64,000 bases of DNA from Paecilomyces variotii (taxonomy: Eukaryota): assembly GCA_004022145.1 (NCBI GenBank), contig RCNU01000002.1; one strand, written 5' to 3'. Positions 27,905 through 42,188 of the stretch are shown piece by piece (the stretch's first letter is position 1; each line of letters starts with the position of its first letter). The translations under genes and the position numbers were made by a program. Below the pieces are notes generated by a model, which saw only the letters and a list, made by a program, of their open reading frames with translations, searched no databases and had not been told where the DNA came from.

Positions 27905-29196
27905 ATGTCTCAAGAGCGCGAGGATGCCACCGGGGCTGCAGGCAGCTCTCAAGGTCCCAGAGTTCCAGACGCGGATGTCTACCCTCCCTCAGATGTCTAT
28001 TTGCATGTTACTCCTCCACCGCATGCGACCTCTTTAACGCGCTTCGAGATATGGACCACGCGGATTCCGCACGCATATATTACGCCCCTGTGCGGGGCAG
28101 CAGCAGGTGTCGCATCGGGGATTGTGACATGTCCACTGGATGTGATCAAGACGAAGCTGCAGGCGCAGGGAGGATTTGTACGGAGAGGTGGGAAGATGAT
28201 AGAGCCGTCGAATCTATACCGTGGAATGATCGGGACCGGGAGGATGATATGGCGGGAAGAAGGTGTTCGAGGTCTATACCGTGGTCTGGGCCCGATGCTG
28301 ATGGGTTACCTGCCAACCTGGGCTGTATACCTGACGGTGTATGACCGATCTCGGGAGTTCTACCATGAGAAGACAGGTCGGTCAATGCCAGCCCGTTTAT
28401 TACGTTGACTGACATTTGTACAGATAATTGGTGGCTAGCACGTGGCTATGCCTCCATCACAGCAGGAGCGTGCTCGACGGTCGTTACGAATCCGATCTGG
28501 GTCATCAAGACGAGATTGATGTCTCAGAGAGTGGCCAAAATCTCCGATGGCTACGTAGCCCCATGGCATTACAAGAACACACTAGACGCCGCTCGGAAGA
28601 TGTACATGACTGAAGGTATTCGCTCCTTCTACTCCGGACTCACCCCGGCCTTGTTGGGACTCACGCATGTGGCCATTCAATTCCCGCTTTACGAGTACCT
28701 GAAGATGGCATTTACGGGATATGGTATCGGCGAACACCCTGAAGATGGCAGTTCTCACTGGGTAGGGATTTCTCTTGCGACGTTCCTGAGCAAAGTTTGC
28801 GCAAGCACCATGACATATCCTCATGAGGTTCTACGGACGAGGCTTCAGACGCAACAAAGGGCTGTTCCAGCACCGTCCCCCGAGGAGATTACGTTTCGTG
28901 GCGGTCTGCACCATCCTGAAGACGGCGGTCGGCCTTCTGGTCCATCCTCGTCGGATGGCATGCGTAACCGTCCTCGCTACCAAGGCGTTATTCGCACGTG
29001 TAAGACGATACTGCAAGAGGAGGGCTGGCGTGCATTCTATTCGGGCATTGGAACCAATCTGGTTCGCGCCGTACCAGCGGCCATGACGACTATGCTTACC
29101 TACGAATATCTGCAGAAATCGATACAGAGGGTCCAGCACGAGGGCGAGAAGAAGCTCACTTCAATTGAGACAGGAGATGGGGATGCTGTTCTATGA
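27905..29196 (+). CDS. Mitochondrial carrier, NAD+ transporter (Ndt1/Yia6)-like
   Basis: Three PX[DE]XX[KR] repeats (PLDVIKTK, PIWVIKTR, PHEVLRTR). The PIWV variant is typical of NAD/FAD/folate carriers. One intron at ~28377-28423; the start codon is uncertain. Confidence 0.85.
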
Positions 29197-29889
29197 CGCA
29201 GCTGACACTTGACTGAGGGGATACAGTCAAGCGTTGCTATCTGAGACAGCGTAAATGGGGACGGCAATCTATAGCCGCCATCTGCTTGAGTAGGCAAAAT
29301 GTCTCAGGCACTTTTTGACGCCATATCTAGTGCTGGAATGACGAAGATACATGGCCCGAGACAAGCAATCAGAGGGAACATATTTCTCAATAAGGAATTT
29401 ATCCCCGGATGTCCGGAAAAAGCACTGAAATCTTTCGGCCAATCATCTGTTGCGATTCCTGATGGAGCCAAGTAACATTACCATAGAGTCTAGACACTCA
29501 TTGTCCTCTTTTTGTAGACTACTACCTTTCCTTGCCGGTTATTATTGTTGCGTGTTTTACATCCTTTCACGTCAAGCACCTCAATACATGTACAGTTTCT
29601 TTCTGCAGTTAACCATAATCTCTTTCCGTCGTCGATGGGATGGGGGGTTTCTATTCTCAGACATGTATACCCTCGTACTACGCGTTGGCTTCCCGGCCAC
29701 GGCCGCGACGGATATTGCGGCTAGAAATAGATGGTCCTGTCAACCCTTATATCCAGAACAAGCATAAGAGAAGGGACAAGAAATCAGCAATGACAAATAG
29801 ATATACATAAAACCAAACAAAAGGCCTGCAGCAATCCATGGTAAACTACTCCTTACCCCGCAACCCTCCTCTTTCGGGGTGGGAGTTAT

Positions 29890-30231
29890 CTACTTCCCCT
29901 TACTATCCTCCAACGCCTTCGTCAACCACCCGGGTTCGGAGCCCTGTCCTCGAGAAGAAGAAGCAGCACCCTCATCACGATCAGATAGATGATATCGCGC
30001 ATCCCGACGTGCAGATCGGATCGAGCTAATACACCACGAACCGAGGACAATCGCCATAGTGAAAGCAGCTAAAGGCGCGGTGAGGGACTATTCCCATAGT
30101 TAGCCACCACGAGGAAACAGTAAAAAAAAAAGAGAGGGCGGGGGGAAGAATATGTAAAACTCAAAACTCACCTTCGGACTACGTCCTAGTGTTTTGACTT
30201 CCGAGGGGTGTGATTTCTGATTATTGCTCAT
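29890..30231 (-). CDS. Small (85 aa) single-TM hypothetical protein, not in the ORF track
   Basis: Exon 1 30231-30172 (MSNNQKSHPSEVKTLGRSPK). Intron GTGAGT...CTAAC...TAG at 30171-30088. Exon 2 30087-29890 (SLTAPLAAFTMAIVLGSWCISSIRSARRD...LEDSKGK*). Confidence 0.7.
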
Positions 30232-31478
30232 TTTCGTAGATTGGTGCACAAGCTGTATCGTCTATCTGCGATGTGTTCCTTTCCCTGCGACGAGGGAAGA
30301 AGGGCATAGACTAGTTGTAGATAGAGGATGGAGGGAGGATTCGTAGCAGTCAGCCCTCGTTGCTATCACCCCAACGTCAGCGCTGGGTCGGTTAAGATAA
30401 ATAAGATCGATTCAAAGGACCAGAGTAGGATAATAAATCTTTCAATACCTGAGAAAAGACGTATTAGCTTCGAGTTAATGGCTCCCATGGTTCTTCATTT
30501 TATAAGCTTCCCGTTGAGGAATGATAATTGTAAGTTTAACCAAGAGAAAAGAACAAAATCGAAATACTAGATGAGAAAGGAAAAGAGTCCCGACTATTCC
30601 GTATGCGACATGCTAATTAACCATTCAACAAAAGAAATGTCAGGGGTTCAATAAACGGCTCACACGAAGAAAGAAAACATAGTAAACATACAAGGAAAAC
30701 AAACAATCTAGACTCTTCTACTTCTCATGAACAATGAACAAGGAGAGGCATAAACGTTGAATATGAAAAATATGCTTATGCTTGTTCTTAAGATACTGAG
30801 AATAGCCATAAACTATCATACCACAGTAGAGTGAAGAAAGAGCATACGCAATACCATACCTCCTGATTTGGATATCCTCCTTTCCTTGCCCTGGATACTT
30901 AGGCGCTTGGATGGTTGGGATGAGGGATCAATATCGGACCGGTTCAATATAAAGTGCTCTTCAAGGTCGTAGTTCACATCAAGTTGTACCAACAGCGGTT
31001 GACGGGGTCTAGTTAATCGGAGTGGATGTCTCGACGCCGAGGACAGACTATCGTGCTTCCACGTGACTGACAAGGGTATCGATATTCTGCGACATCAACT
31101 AAGTAGCCATTTTAAAGGCCATAGTATATTGCCTACGATTCCTAGTTGCTACGATCTACGAGATAAGCTGGATGTTTATACATAGGTGAGAGAAGGTTGA
31201 TTGAGTGAGATTTGAGTGATATAGAGTCTAATTGTCTAACCTCTATATGCTCTGCAATGTACAACGAATAAGCCTAAATTTAACTAATTATAATCATATA
31301 TGCAATCGAAGAGCATTTCCCATGGGCGCGGCTGGATATAAACCGCCCCGGAGTACCCTCGTAACGCCAGCGTTGATGCAGACGGACGTGTGCGCCGTCC
31401 TTTTTCCATGTGACAGCAAGTAATCACTCATCAGCATGTGCAGAAGCAAGGATGAAAATGATGACGTTAAGGTCTCCT

Positions 31479-33442
31479 TCATTGGGCGGAAATGCCCAGG
31501 CGACTTTTCAGCATCAGGTATCTCTCATAGAGACCCAGCTTCAGCTCCACGCGGAGGTAACCAGCCCAGGCGTAGAGGAAGCGGAAGAAATTACGCGGCC
31601 ACAACATGCTTCCGCATTCGCGGATCTTCTCCATCTGTTCATCGAAGACGCAGCGAGTGGCGTATCTTGCGAGAATGACAAACGTGCGAACAGGACCCTG
31701 GCGAGTGTGCAGGTTCTCGTCCAAGCTGCGCGTGAGGTCGTTGGTCTTGAGAATCAGGAGCATCACTCTTGGTACTTGGCCCAGTAGTTCAACCAGCTGT
31801 TGGAGCATGCCGTCTCCCAACGCACCCGTGATTTCTTCTTTCTCCTCCGCAGTTCGAGTAGAGGTCACAGACTTCTTGGTCAAGACGGTATAGTCTCTGC
31901 CTGTGATGGCGCTAGCGAACAGGGGAAACTGCTCATCTGTGATACCGGCCACCTCGCGAGAGTACTTGCGCATGTTGGGCACATCCGATTCAATGACGGC
32001 CAGCCAGAGTTTAGCATAGTTCCTACGCATGTCCCGTGGAATGTCACGGTACAAGCCATGGTCGTAGAGGATCACGTCGAAATTGGGAGAGCGGCGGTTA
32101 GGATTCTTGCGGATGGCGATGTTGCCGCCATGAGGATCGCAGTGCAAAGGCGCATCTTCACCGAAGATCATCTTGTTGAAGATATGTGCCAGTGCAGCGG
32201 AAACTTCGTCGCGGTCGATGTTATTTGCGTCCAGATACGCCAGATCGTCCGGGCGGTGGCCAGAGATAAATTCCATAACGAGAATGCGCTTCTGAGCCCA
32301 CATGACTATTCATATCGATTAGTATGACAGCTGCTGACCATACGTTGAGGGGGGCTCAACTCACCCTCTGGAATCACCAATGGCGCGCTGGAATTCTTCT
32401 TGAAGTATTCGCTCGCTCTCTTTGCATTCTCACCTTCCCTGCGAAAGTCCAATTCCTGGGGCAGGGAGAGATCCATTTCGCGGGACAGCCATTCGAGATC
32501 GTATTCGGGAAAGAATCGTTTGAGCGCGGCAAAGGTCATACGGGTAAGAGCCAGATCCAGAGGAACCCATTCCGCTAGAGCAGGATGCTGCACCTTGACG
32601 GCCACTTTCTGCCCGGTCTCCTTCAGCGTGGCGATATGCACCTGCGCCAGGGAGGCGGCTCCGATCGGGGCGGACTCAAAGGATGAGAATAATTCATCAA
32701 TGCTCTTTCCAGTATCCGCAACGAACATGGCCTCGACCGACTCGATGGAAGAGACAGGGCACTTGTCTTGCAGCGGGATGAACGTGGTCGTCCACTCGAG
32801 CGGCAGAAGGTATCCCATACTGCTCAGGTGCTGGCCCAGCTTGATGAAAATAGATCCATTCTTCTCGAGTACTCGCAAGGTCCGTTCAGCACAGCGCTTG
32901 TGGCAGGCGCGCAGCAACTCATTGCCTTCCTCGGGGGAGGATGCGGACGCTTTCTGGTTGAGGGTCGTTCGATAGCTAACAACGGACGTACGTATCAGTA
33001 ACCGCAACTACATACAACGCAGATATGACTTCCCCGACGAGAAACGCGACACTTACTCGTTAATACATATAGCTAGCGCGCTCACAACTCGTCCTGACCT
33101 CTCCGCTGCCGCATAGCCATGCTTGATATCGTCCGAGAACGCCAGCGCCCCCGCGCCCAGTGCGCCACCAGCAGCGGCAAACTTGATCACGGTCTTACGC
33201 GACCGCTTCGAGTCTGATCGTCTGCCTGCATCGTTTATGCCTTCAGAAAGCCGTGTAGAATAACTTCTCGAGAAGGTGACCGTCCGTTGTTGTAGGCACC
33301 GCCGACATGTCCACGGGGCTCTAGAGCCGAATGGGAGACCTGTTGATGGCGCGACTGAGGAGGATGACTTCGCGAATTGCTGAACGACCGCCGCAGGATC
33401 GAAACGAGACGCACTCAGCGGTATCCGGACTGGTGCTCTCAT
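31479..33442 (-). CDS. ABC1/UbiB atypical kinase, ADCK1/Mcp2-like, probably mitochondrial
   Basis: Motifs IFIKLGQHLSS, AASLAQVH, VAVKVQHP, ELDF and HCDPHGGN...LYDHGLY. Arg/Ser-rich presequence; three exons. Confidence 0.9.
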
Positions 33443-34707
33443 GATGATTGACACGACGGCCGCTCTCCGGGGCGAAAAAGAGGCCAAAGTTTGCCGCAAC
33501 AATCGAGAGAAAAAAGAAACTTCCCACGTGTCAGCTATTCGCGAAAGACGTCAGCCATCGTAGGTAGCCCGAGACGATGGATGGAGATATGGGAGGAGAT
33601 GCGACGAAGCGCTCAAACGTCACAAGCCGAAAAGATTCTGCTGCGTCTTGAATCCGAGGTCAGGTCCTTTCTCGAATCTCGCCGTACCTTTTCGAGATCC
33701 ACCGTGCGGGTCGGCATTCCGTCGGCCGATGCCGGCTTCAACTCGTCCCGTATTCAGTACTGTTGATGCTCATCTTCATATCTCCGTTTATAATTTTGTC
33801 AGGGAAAATCTAAGTAGAGAGCCATGCTAGGCTCATAGGACCCCATCTGTGTTGGTATCTCTTTTTCCTGCTGGTTGTGGCACCTCATTCAACTTTGGTC
33901 AATGCTGAGGGCCTAGTATAGGTAACTATATACTTCCATTCCAGAGTCTGCATCACAAGTGTAGGGTCAACGGTAGAATAAAAAAAGGAGCATGCATGCA
34001 TCCAGTCAGATGTCAAGGACTTGGATCTGAAGTAACCTGCGTGAGTATGCTATAGATGCAGGCGGTATCTGCTAACTACAATCCAGAAAGCTTGCTCACT
34101 GTCTCCAGTTATCATATAGTGACAATGCGAATTGCGACACCAATCATTTTTTTTATACTCGTGGGCGTGATCGTCATACAGGGCATTAAAATCACGAACA
34201 AAAGACAAATGACTCAAAAAAGAAGTCCTGGACATACATGCACCCCCCGAAGGGAACAAAGACCAACAAAGCACTCCCTGGGAGGCTAACAAGGTGAAGC
34301 AACAGACAATCTGAGAGGAGGGAAAACAAAATTAAGCCTGCAAGCATCTGGACTGAAATCGACTTGACAAGAGTCGACCTTCCAGCAGAACAGCATGCCC
34401 AGAGAGGAATATTGACATGTTAAAGTCGGATTAAACGAGAGTATGGGGACCACTGCGCAAGTAATGGAACAACAGAAGCATTTTTTAATGTCCCTTCAGG
34501 ATGTGTAGTAACAAGAAAAAAAGACTGTAACCCGCCCAATGCGCCTGTGCTATGCAACTCAGTGAGACAGATACTAGGTGTCAGCAGTGTGTGTTCCTTG
34601 AACCTTTATGAAAGAAGGACGGCAGATCCAGACCAAGCAAAATGAAGGGACTGAAGAAAAGGAATGCGCAAGAGAAACTATGGACAGAAGCCAATCATTT
34701 TTATAGT

Positions 34708-37700
34708 TCATGTCCACTCGGAGTCCACGTTGGCCCTTCGCCGACGTCCGTTCAAATTGACGATCGACAAGCGACGAGTCGACGGCTCCGGTGCCCTGTA
34801 CTCGTCCGTGTTCAGGGATCCCACCTGGGGTACCCGGTTCGACATGCTGGACATTGCCCGCGGCAGCCGATTCCTGGCTGCCGCTGGACCACCGCTGCCT
34901 CCATGGGCGAACACAGGGCTACTCCCATCTCGACTTGTCGGCCTGAGTCCCGCAGAGCCATTGAGACCGCTCCTGGTGTGTCGCGGAGTCTCACGTGGAT
35001 CTAAATAGCCCCTAGACTGGCTCGATCGGCTAACCTGAGGGCTCGAAGGCGTCGAATGGCTCGATATGAGACTCGGAGAACTGTTAGAACCGCTTCTCCG
35101 CCTGGTAGGAGGCCTGCGCTTAGGAGCGCCCATGCTATCACTCTTTTCGCTAGATCTGACGAGCTTTCCAGCCATGTCGCGTACTAGAATAGCAGGGTCG
35201 TTCTCCAATTCTCTGATAGCGTCGAGCAGACCATATCGTGCCAGGAGATCGCCTTGCTCTTCGCTCGAGTCACAGATGCTCGAGATAATACGAAGTAGGT
35301 TAAGCCTAACTGCAGCCTTGTTGTGATGGAGTTTCTGCCCTAGGCGGGTGAAAAGATCAGGTCGAGCGAGGGTTGACGCAATTGGGGGACTTAGCCGCAG
35401 CAGTTTCTGAAGTGGTTCGAGAAGATTTTCAAAGGCGTTGGCCTTGGAGATCGTTACGCATCTGACAATAGCATCTGTGAAGGATGGCCTCTCATGGCGG
35501 TTATCCAGAAGATGTTCTTCAACCTTGGCGGTCTCCTCTTGTAGCCTACACTGTGTTAGTGTTGACTGTATAGATATAGATACGGATGTATCGCTTACCA
35601 AGTGAAAATCGCATCCAAGGCCGTTACCTGCCAATAGGGATCGGAAAGAAGCGAGATATAGAAAGCCAAGCCCTTGTTACGCCAGAGTTCTCGCCGTCCG
35701 ACCTTTCCAGAATGGGCCATATCGCAGAGAATAGGTAGCGCGAATTCCTTGAGTGGTCGTTCTGTCTTAACAATCTTCTGCAGAAGAGGTATAATACCAT
35801 TCAGTGCAGCATCTTCCTGCCTCGATTTACTCAGACGGCACATGTTGTAGATAGTATTCAGGATCTGGTTAGAGACCTCCCGGAAGTGGGGGCCCTTCAT
35901 GGTAGATCTTAGCAGCTCAGTTAGGACGTCGATAGCATTCGAATTCTGCAGTGCGTCGAGTGTTGTCGAAAGCATGGAGAGGTTCTTGATGAACTTCAAC
36001 ATCGTAATTTGATGTATAGGGGTCATGCGTCTTAGCTCCTTCAAGACCCCTTGACAAATGGTCAGCGTTCTGCCTTGATTCAATGAATAACCTCATACTT
36101 ACTGTGCAGGACAGTTCTCTCAGCGACCATCTCCTTGACATGGTTCTCAGCTTGAGAGAAGATGAAGAATATGTTGGCAATGCGACCCTCGCAAATCTCA
36201 GCCAACTCTCCATCCTCATCGAGCACTCTGCTGAGAACGAGAGATAGGGGATCGAGAACAGAATTTCGAGACAGAATCCGGCAGAAGTCGTTCTTGGGAG
36301 TCGATCCCTAGAAACTATCATCAGCCCACTGAGACTGCCCATATGAAAGTCTGTCGAACTCACCTGCAATTCGAACACGCTCCATATACCGTTAACACCG
36401 ATAAGAACAAGGTCCCGCTCATCTTCATAGTCATCCTCCAAGAACTCCACTAGAACATTGAGACCACCTGCGCTTACGAACATTTGAAGGGTTAGAGTGG
36501 ACGTCTGATACATCTGCTGCACAAACGCTGCCGCTTCGAGTCGAATTTCGCGCGGATACTTTTTCGAAGCAAATTCGTTGATGATGGGAATACCTCCCAC
36601 GAAACACAGGTTTTCTTGGATTTCATAGTCATTGTAGATGATCGCGTTAACGATTTTCAGAAGGTTAGAAATGACATCCCGACGACGACATGTATCCAGG
36701 ATCTCCAAGATAGGAAGCATTCCGTGCGCGCTGATGATGACGTTCTTAGTGTCCGGAAGATCGCAGAATATTGTGAGTAGTTGCTCGGAAATATCGGCGA
36801 GAACATCATCATCTTGGGAAGTCTTCAATGAGCTAACAAGACCCTCCACTTGATTCCTGAGCCGAGCATATTTGTCACGGGCAATGTTAGCCTCGAGATC
36901 CATCTCGTCAAATCCTTCCTCAAGCTGAGCGAAGGGGTCATCCTCATCGTCCTGGTCACCAAGCCAGGAGTTGCTAGAGAGCTTCGAGCTGAGAAGTAAG
37001 GTGCTTTTATCAGAGCCTCCATCGCTGTCGGGCTTTTCCAGAAGGCCTTCCTCAGCACCAAGGATATCTGAAAAGTCCTCGTCTTTCTCATTTTCAGCAA
37101 ACTTTTGTATTTCTATTGATGACCGTGTCCGTTTGACAGAAAGCCGTTTCCTCAGCGACGGCTTTGGGTCTACGCTGTTGCCCGGAGGTGCAAAGGAAGT
37201 CCGCACTCTGCCTTTGAGATCAGGAGCATCCATCAACGCAGTCTGGGGGGTATCATCATCCACAAACTGCAATTTGGTCAGTCTCGTGTATCTACAGAAG
37301 ACCTCACATGGTGGCTTACCTGGAAAGCGTTTAGTTTCTTCTCCAAGACGTCCTCATCATCGACGATCAGGTCGGAATAGTCCTCGACGGAGCTCTCCGA
37401 ATAGAACTCAGTGGGACGAGGCTGCCTTGCAGGGGGAGGAGGGGGAGTTTGAGTTATGACTGGTACGCTCGTGATGGCAGGAAGTGCGCTTTTCGTTGGC
37501 CTATGCCGCACAGGACTTCTCCGGAGACTTCTCTCTTCATCCGAAGCTTTGCGCAGGTAGGGTCGAATAGTCTGAAGAGGATCAGCCTCACCGGCGCTCC
37601 TAAGGCTCATAGAGGAATCTCCCTCATCAAAACTATCCGAAATGTCCTTCATTGTGGTCCCATCAAGCGATGCGAAAGCCTTGAGCTTCTCGGAGGAGAG

Positions 37701-39269
37701 CATGCCACCAAAATTATCCTGAGGTTTGAACTGCGGCATTTTAAGCGCACTTGGCGAGATAGCCGTTGCGAAATCATCGTCCCAGTTGTCATCCGTTCCT
37801 TCGGGTGAGCGAAACTTATCCGCCGTACTCTTTGAGACAGCTGTCGATGCTGAGTCCTTCGCAGGAGTGATAAGATGTAGGTCTGGGCGAGCAGGCGCTG
37901 GGCTGTTGTGGTCAAACCTCACCGTCCGGCGTAACGTACCGGTATCAGGGGACCTTAGAGCCTCGTTCCATTCCTGGACACTGCGGACAGCTTCCTCGTA
38001 TTCAGTAGACTTCTTCGGTACGACTGAATCAGTCCTGCGTGCATTGACAATCCAAGGATGTTTTAGCAGCTTGCGAGCAGATACTCGAAGATTGGGGTCC
38101 TTCTGGAAGCATTGCATGAGGAAGTCTTTCACGGCCTGGATAAGTTAGAATTATTATTGCGGCAAAAAGAGGCCAACGGTCCTTACCGGAGAAGCACCCT
38201 GCGGGAGCGGAGGATGGTCATCATTGACAATGCGAAACAGTGCTGGCATAGGCTGTAGCTTCCAGTACGGAGGCTTGCCTTCTAACAACTCTATCACCGT
38301 ACAGCCAAGACTCCAGATATCTGAGGCTGTTGTAGCCCCGGACAGTTCAATCACTTCTGGAGCCATCCAATAGGGTGTACCGACGACACTACTCTCGTGG
38401 AGACCAGTAGTACGACTCGCCACACCGAAGTCTGCTAGTTTTACGAGACCTTCCTTGGTGGTGAGGATGTTGGCGCCCTTAATATCTCTGTGGATGACAC
38501 CCTGTTCATGCAGATACAAAAGCCCATGGAGGACCTGGGACATATATAGTCCGACCAGATTCTCCGGGAAGCGGCCGAAGTTTTTCGAAATTGAGTGCAA
38601 GGAGCCATTCTCACAGTACCTGGCTACGGTCAGTCTATCGTGAGGCTTCATATGATGGGGTACGTTACATACTCGAGGATAATGTTTAAAGTTTCGGCTG
38701 ACTTCACAAACCCATGGTACTTGACAATGTTTGGATGCTGAGAAAGACAGGTTAGTTATTGACCCACGGTTCCTGCTTATCGCCCCTCCCCCTTGAGTTG
38801 CAAGACTTACATCCAGGTTCTTCAGGAGATCAATCTCTAGCTGTAGTGTAGTGCACGTGGTCAGCAACCAGTCTTGGTGTGGGTTCGTGGAAAAGCATCG
38901 TAGATGCGCACCATAATAACTCGTAGCTCACTCTTAGGGAGATCAGCAAGCCGGATCTGCTTAACAGCGACAGTTTCTCCCGTATTCCAGTTCAATGCTC
39001 GATAGACTGAACCGAAGGCACCCTTCCCCAGACAGTCACCCAATTGCTGCACGATTATCCCACGTCAGCTTTGATGAGTCGGATCCCACAATAGCCAATG
39101 CACGTACGTAGTCCTTGAGCTCTGCGACATCCTTGGCAGATGACTTTGAAGTCCTTTCCTCCTTGCCTGTACTCGTTCCTGGTCTTGGATGTCGCGATTT
39201 CGCCGGTGTACCTGGAGTGCGTGATGCCGGAGGCTGAGCCTCGTCTCCATCGCTGGAGCGCGGTACCAT
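34708..39269 (-). CDS. sepH: Septation initiation network kinase SepH (Cdc7/Cdc15 family)
   Basis: Kinase motifs [28 protein letters not shown] and GTPYWMAPE, followed by a long linker and ARM-like C-terminal region ([21 protein letters not shown]). Multiple GT-AG introns. Confidence 0.93.
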
Positions 39270-40098
39270 GGCCACAGATTGGCCAAAGAAATTCGCTTCC
39301 CAATATCGAATTCAGAAGTGAAGACCGCCCGGTACGACGTTATGCAAAGTAGATCTCGTGTGATGGATGGTGAGAACCAACAGTTTCGGCCGTCATGTCA
39401 GGAAAGTACCGAACGAAAGCACAAACACTGTGCGAATGTCGGTTGAATCCGGGTGAAAATGCGCACGAGATCAGACGAATTACGCGAACACTGTGTTTTG
39501 GTATTAATTCGGGGTATATGAAGGACCCCTGCTCTCGCGTCCGTGAAAGCTTCTGCGGGCGCACACGTCGTTGCACATCAGAGACCTGTTCCCATTCAGA
39601 GCCATGAGAGGCCATTCAGTCAGTCCCATCGAGCACTTAGACAGGGATAGAAATGGAAATGAGCAGAATTCAAAACTGACCGTGGCGTGCTGTAGATATG
39701 TCTCCAACAGGCAAATTGTTGTGTCTCAGCACTTTCGGCCTCCGCAAGTGAGCATTTGGCAGGGGAGATGACGCAGTCGGGATCTCCCTCCCCCAGCTCC
39801 GATAGCCCTAAAGTCGACCCATAAAACTATGCCTACGGAACGCTAGCAACAGATCGAGACGTAGCTCGATGGAGTAGCTCTAGAAGGTCCTATCTAGCGT
39901 AGTAGTCTCATGCAGTGAATGGGATTATTCTTGACTTGAGCCTCTTCTTTATCTTGTAGTATGTACACTATTTCTATGCGGGGATATCCCTTGTTCCACA
40001 TTCCAGCCAGGACAAAAGCCACCTCACATCTCTTCCAAACGGAGTAAACAAGCGCATGTTTGGTGACTGGATACTAAAGATTTGGTGAATTATTCCTC

Positions 40099-41349
40099 CT
40101 ATAGATCTTTCTTACTCTCTCGGAGTAGACGGAGGACATCCGAGACCAAGTAGAGACTGCCCGCTATCACCAACGGACCGCCTTGTGATGTAGTACTCGC
40201 CCAATTGAGGGCTCCAACGATGTCGGTATCGAAATTCTTGGTCTTTCCAATTCCTTGGATATCTTGTATAGACGTGATGAGTTCAGATGTATCGACCGCT
40301 TTCACCCACGGCATGCCGTCAACCGGGCCAAATGCAACAGTCGCGACGTTATCTCCAGGCTTGATAATTGGATGAAATAGTCCTTTGAGGTCTTTCCCGC
40401 GAGATGCTGCGACAACCCAAGTAACATTACGGCCAGTCTGGCGTAGTTTGCGATCGACGTGGTGTCCCAGGACCTCAGCGGATTGGGCATTGTGGGCACC
40501 ATCCAACAGGACGGGTCCCTGACGAGCAACCAAAGGGTCTAGAGCAACCGTTTGTAGGCGGCCTGGCCATTGGACTTTCGAGAGCTCCGGTAGTAGAGCA
40601 TCTACTGTGAGTTCAGGCCGGATCCGAGGGAGGCACATCTTCAGAGCAGCAATGGCGCAGCAAATGTTAGCCTGTTGATGAGGCTCAAGATCGAGCTCTT
40701 GAAACATACGAGGAAGCAGTGACGACAGTCCGTCCGCTGTCTCCGGTCTGACGAATACGGACTCTATATCCAGTTCTCTGACTCGGTCCTTTATGACACG
40801 GATTGCTTCCGGCAGATTTGTGCCGTCGATGACACAAGGGACACCGGGTTTCAAGATACCGGCTTTTTCTCGAGTGATACTCTCAATCGAGTCCCCCAAC
40901 AAGGACTGGTGATCGAGGCCGATTTTGCAGATGACCGACACCAACACGTCCCTAAGAATATTCGTTGCATCCAAACGACCTCCCATTCCCACCTCCACCA
41001 CCCCAACTTCGACTTGTTCATGGTTAAAGATCTCGAACGCGGTCGCCGTCAGCAATTCAAACTCGCTGGCCCCAATCCCCAGGCTTTCGTCCCGTCGCTT
41101 GACCTGTTCCTCGATTTGACGAAAGAGTGATTCTTGGACAACCTTTTCGTCGATAGTTATGCAGTCCCAGCGGTCGATCAAATGGGGAGAAGTAAAACGC
41201 CCGCAACGAACGCCGCCAGCGGTGAGCAGCGCGGACAGGTATGCAGTCGTGGACCCTTTTCCGTTCGTACCAGCCACATGGATAGCTCTCCATGGAATCA
41301 CCGTATGCTGGAGGAGACGGGATATTCTGCTCAAGCCTAGCTCAATCAT
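40099..41349 (-). CDS. fol3: Dihydrofolate synthetase (FolC family)
   Basis: Intronless. Motifs MIELGLSRI, HVAGTNGKGS, FTSPHL, EVGMGGRLDATN, WPGR, DGAHN and GSLYLV. Confidence 0.92.
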   Translation of the reverse strand: MIELGLSRISRLLQHTVIPWRAIHVAGTNGKGSTTAYLSALLTAGGVRCGRFTSPHLIDRWDCITIDEKVVQESLFRQIEEQVKRRDESLGIGASEFELLTATAFEIFNHEQVEVGVVEVGMGGRLDATNILRDVLVSVICKIGLDHQSLLGDSIESITREKAGILKPGVPCVIDGTNLPEAIRVIKDRVRELDIESVFVRPETADGLSSLLPRMFQELDLEPHQQANICCAIAALKMCLPRIRPELTVDALLPELSKVQWPGRLQTVALDPLVARQGPVLLDGAHNAQSAEVLGHHVDRKLRQTGRNVTWVVAASRGKDLKGLFHPIIKPGDNVATVAFGPVDGMPWVKAVDTSELITSIQDIQGIGKTKNFDTDIVGALNWASTTSQGGPLVIAGSLYLVSDVLRLLRESKKDL

Positions 41350-42188
41350 TGTCCCAGGCGGAAAGTTGTTCGAGGCTGCTCTGACTCAGTCTGCGCATGG
41401 CTCACGTCTGGCGTGGGGTACCGACAAGTGGGATGCGACACCTCAACTGCGATACCAGCAGTCCAGCGGAATATCAGGGAGCTCAATTGAATATGATATT
41501 CGTCATAGGAGACGGCATGGTGCCGTGAATTTGTCGCATGTCCTTTTCGCATATTTCGGCGCCGGAGCGTATCAGAGGTCAGGTTCAACGATGACTGTTT
41601 GTGCCTAAGGCATAAACATAAGTACGTAATCCACCGGGATCCAGCAGCGAGCGCCGTAGTTAACGATATATCGCATACAAAATATGGAGTATCTGATAGA
41701 TTGCCTTTTATGCTACTATTTAGCGCCTCCCTCCGATTAGTCCTTCATAAAGGTAATTTTAGATGATCTGGTATGATCTGGTGATTCTATATTAGTGACA
41801 TTTCTAAGCAGGCTGAAGCTGTCAAACTGATTAGAGGTTTGATTATTCTAATAGGTACTGTACCTAGGTACCTACCTACAGTACCTACCTACCTAGGTAG
41901 TATAAGGTGATGGTATAGAGGCCTGTGACCTTCCTACGGCAAAGGATTGCGGCGTAGGTCTGCCCATTATATTCATAGTAATGCATACGAAACTGATGAA
42001 TTAACCTGTAACTAACTGGTTCACTACTCCGATCAGTCAATATGGGAGCCTTTTTAGCTGTTGATTATCTCTTACCACGCCTAGCTATCGCAAATGAAGG
42101 CCATTATTTGGCTAAATTCCCGCTGTATATGTACAGATGGTTATATGACCTAGTTCGGCATCCCTACTTTAAAGCACTCATAGATAGT

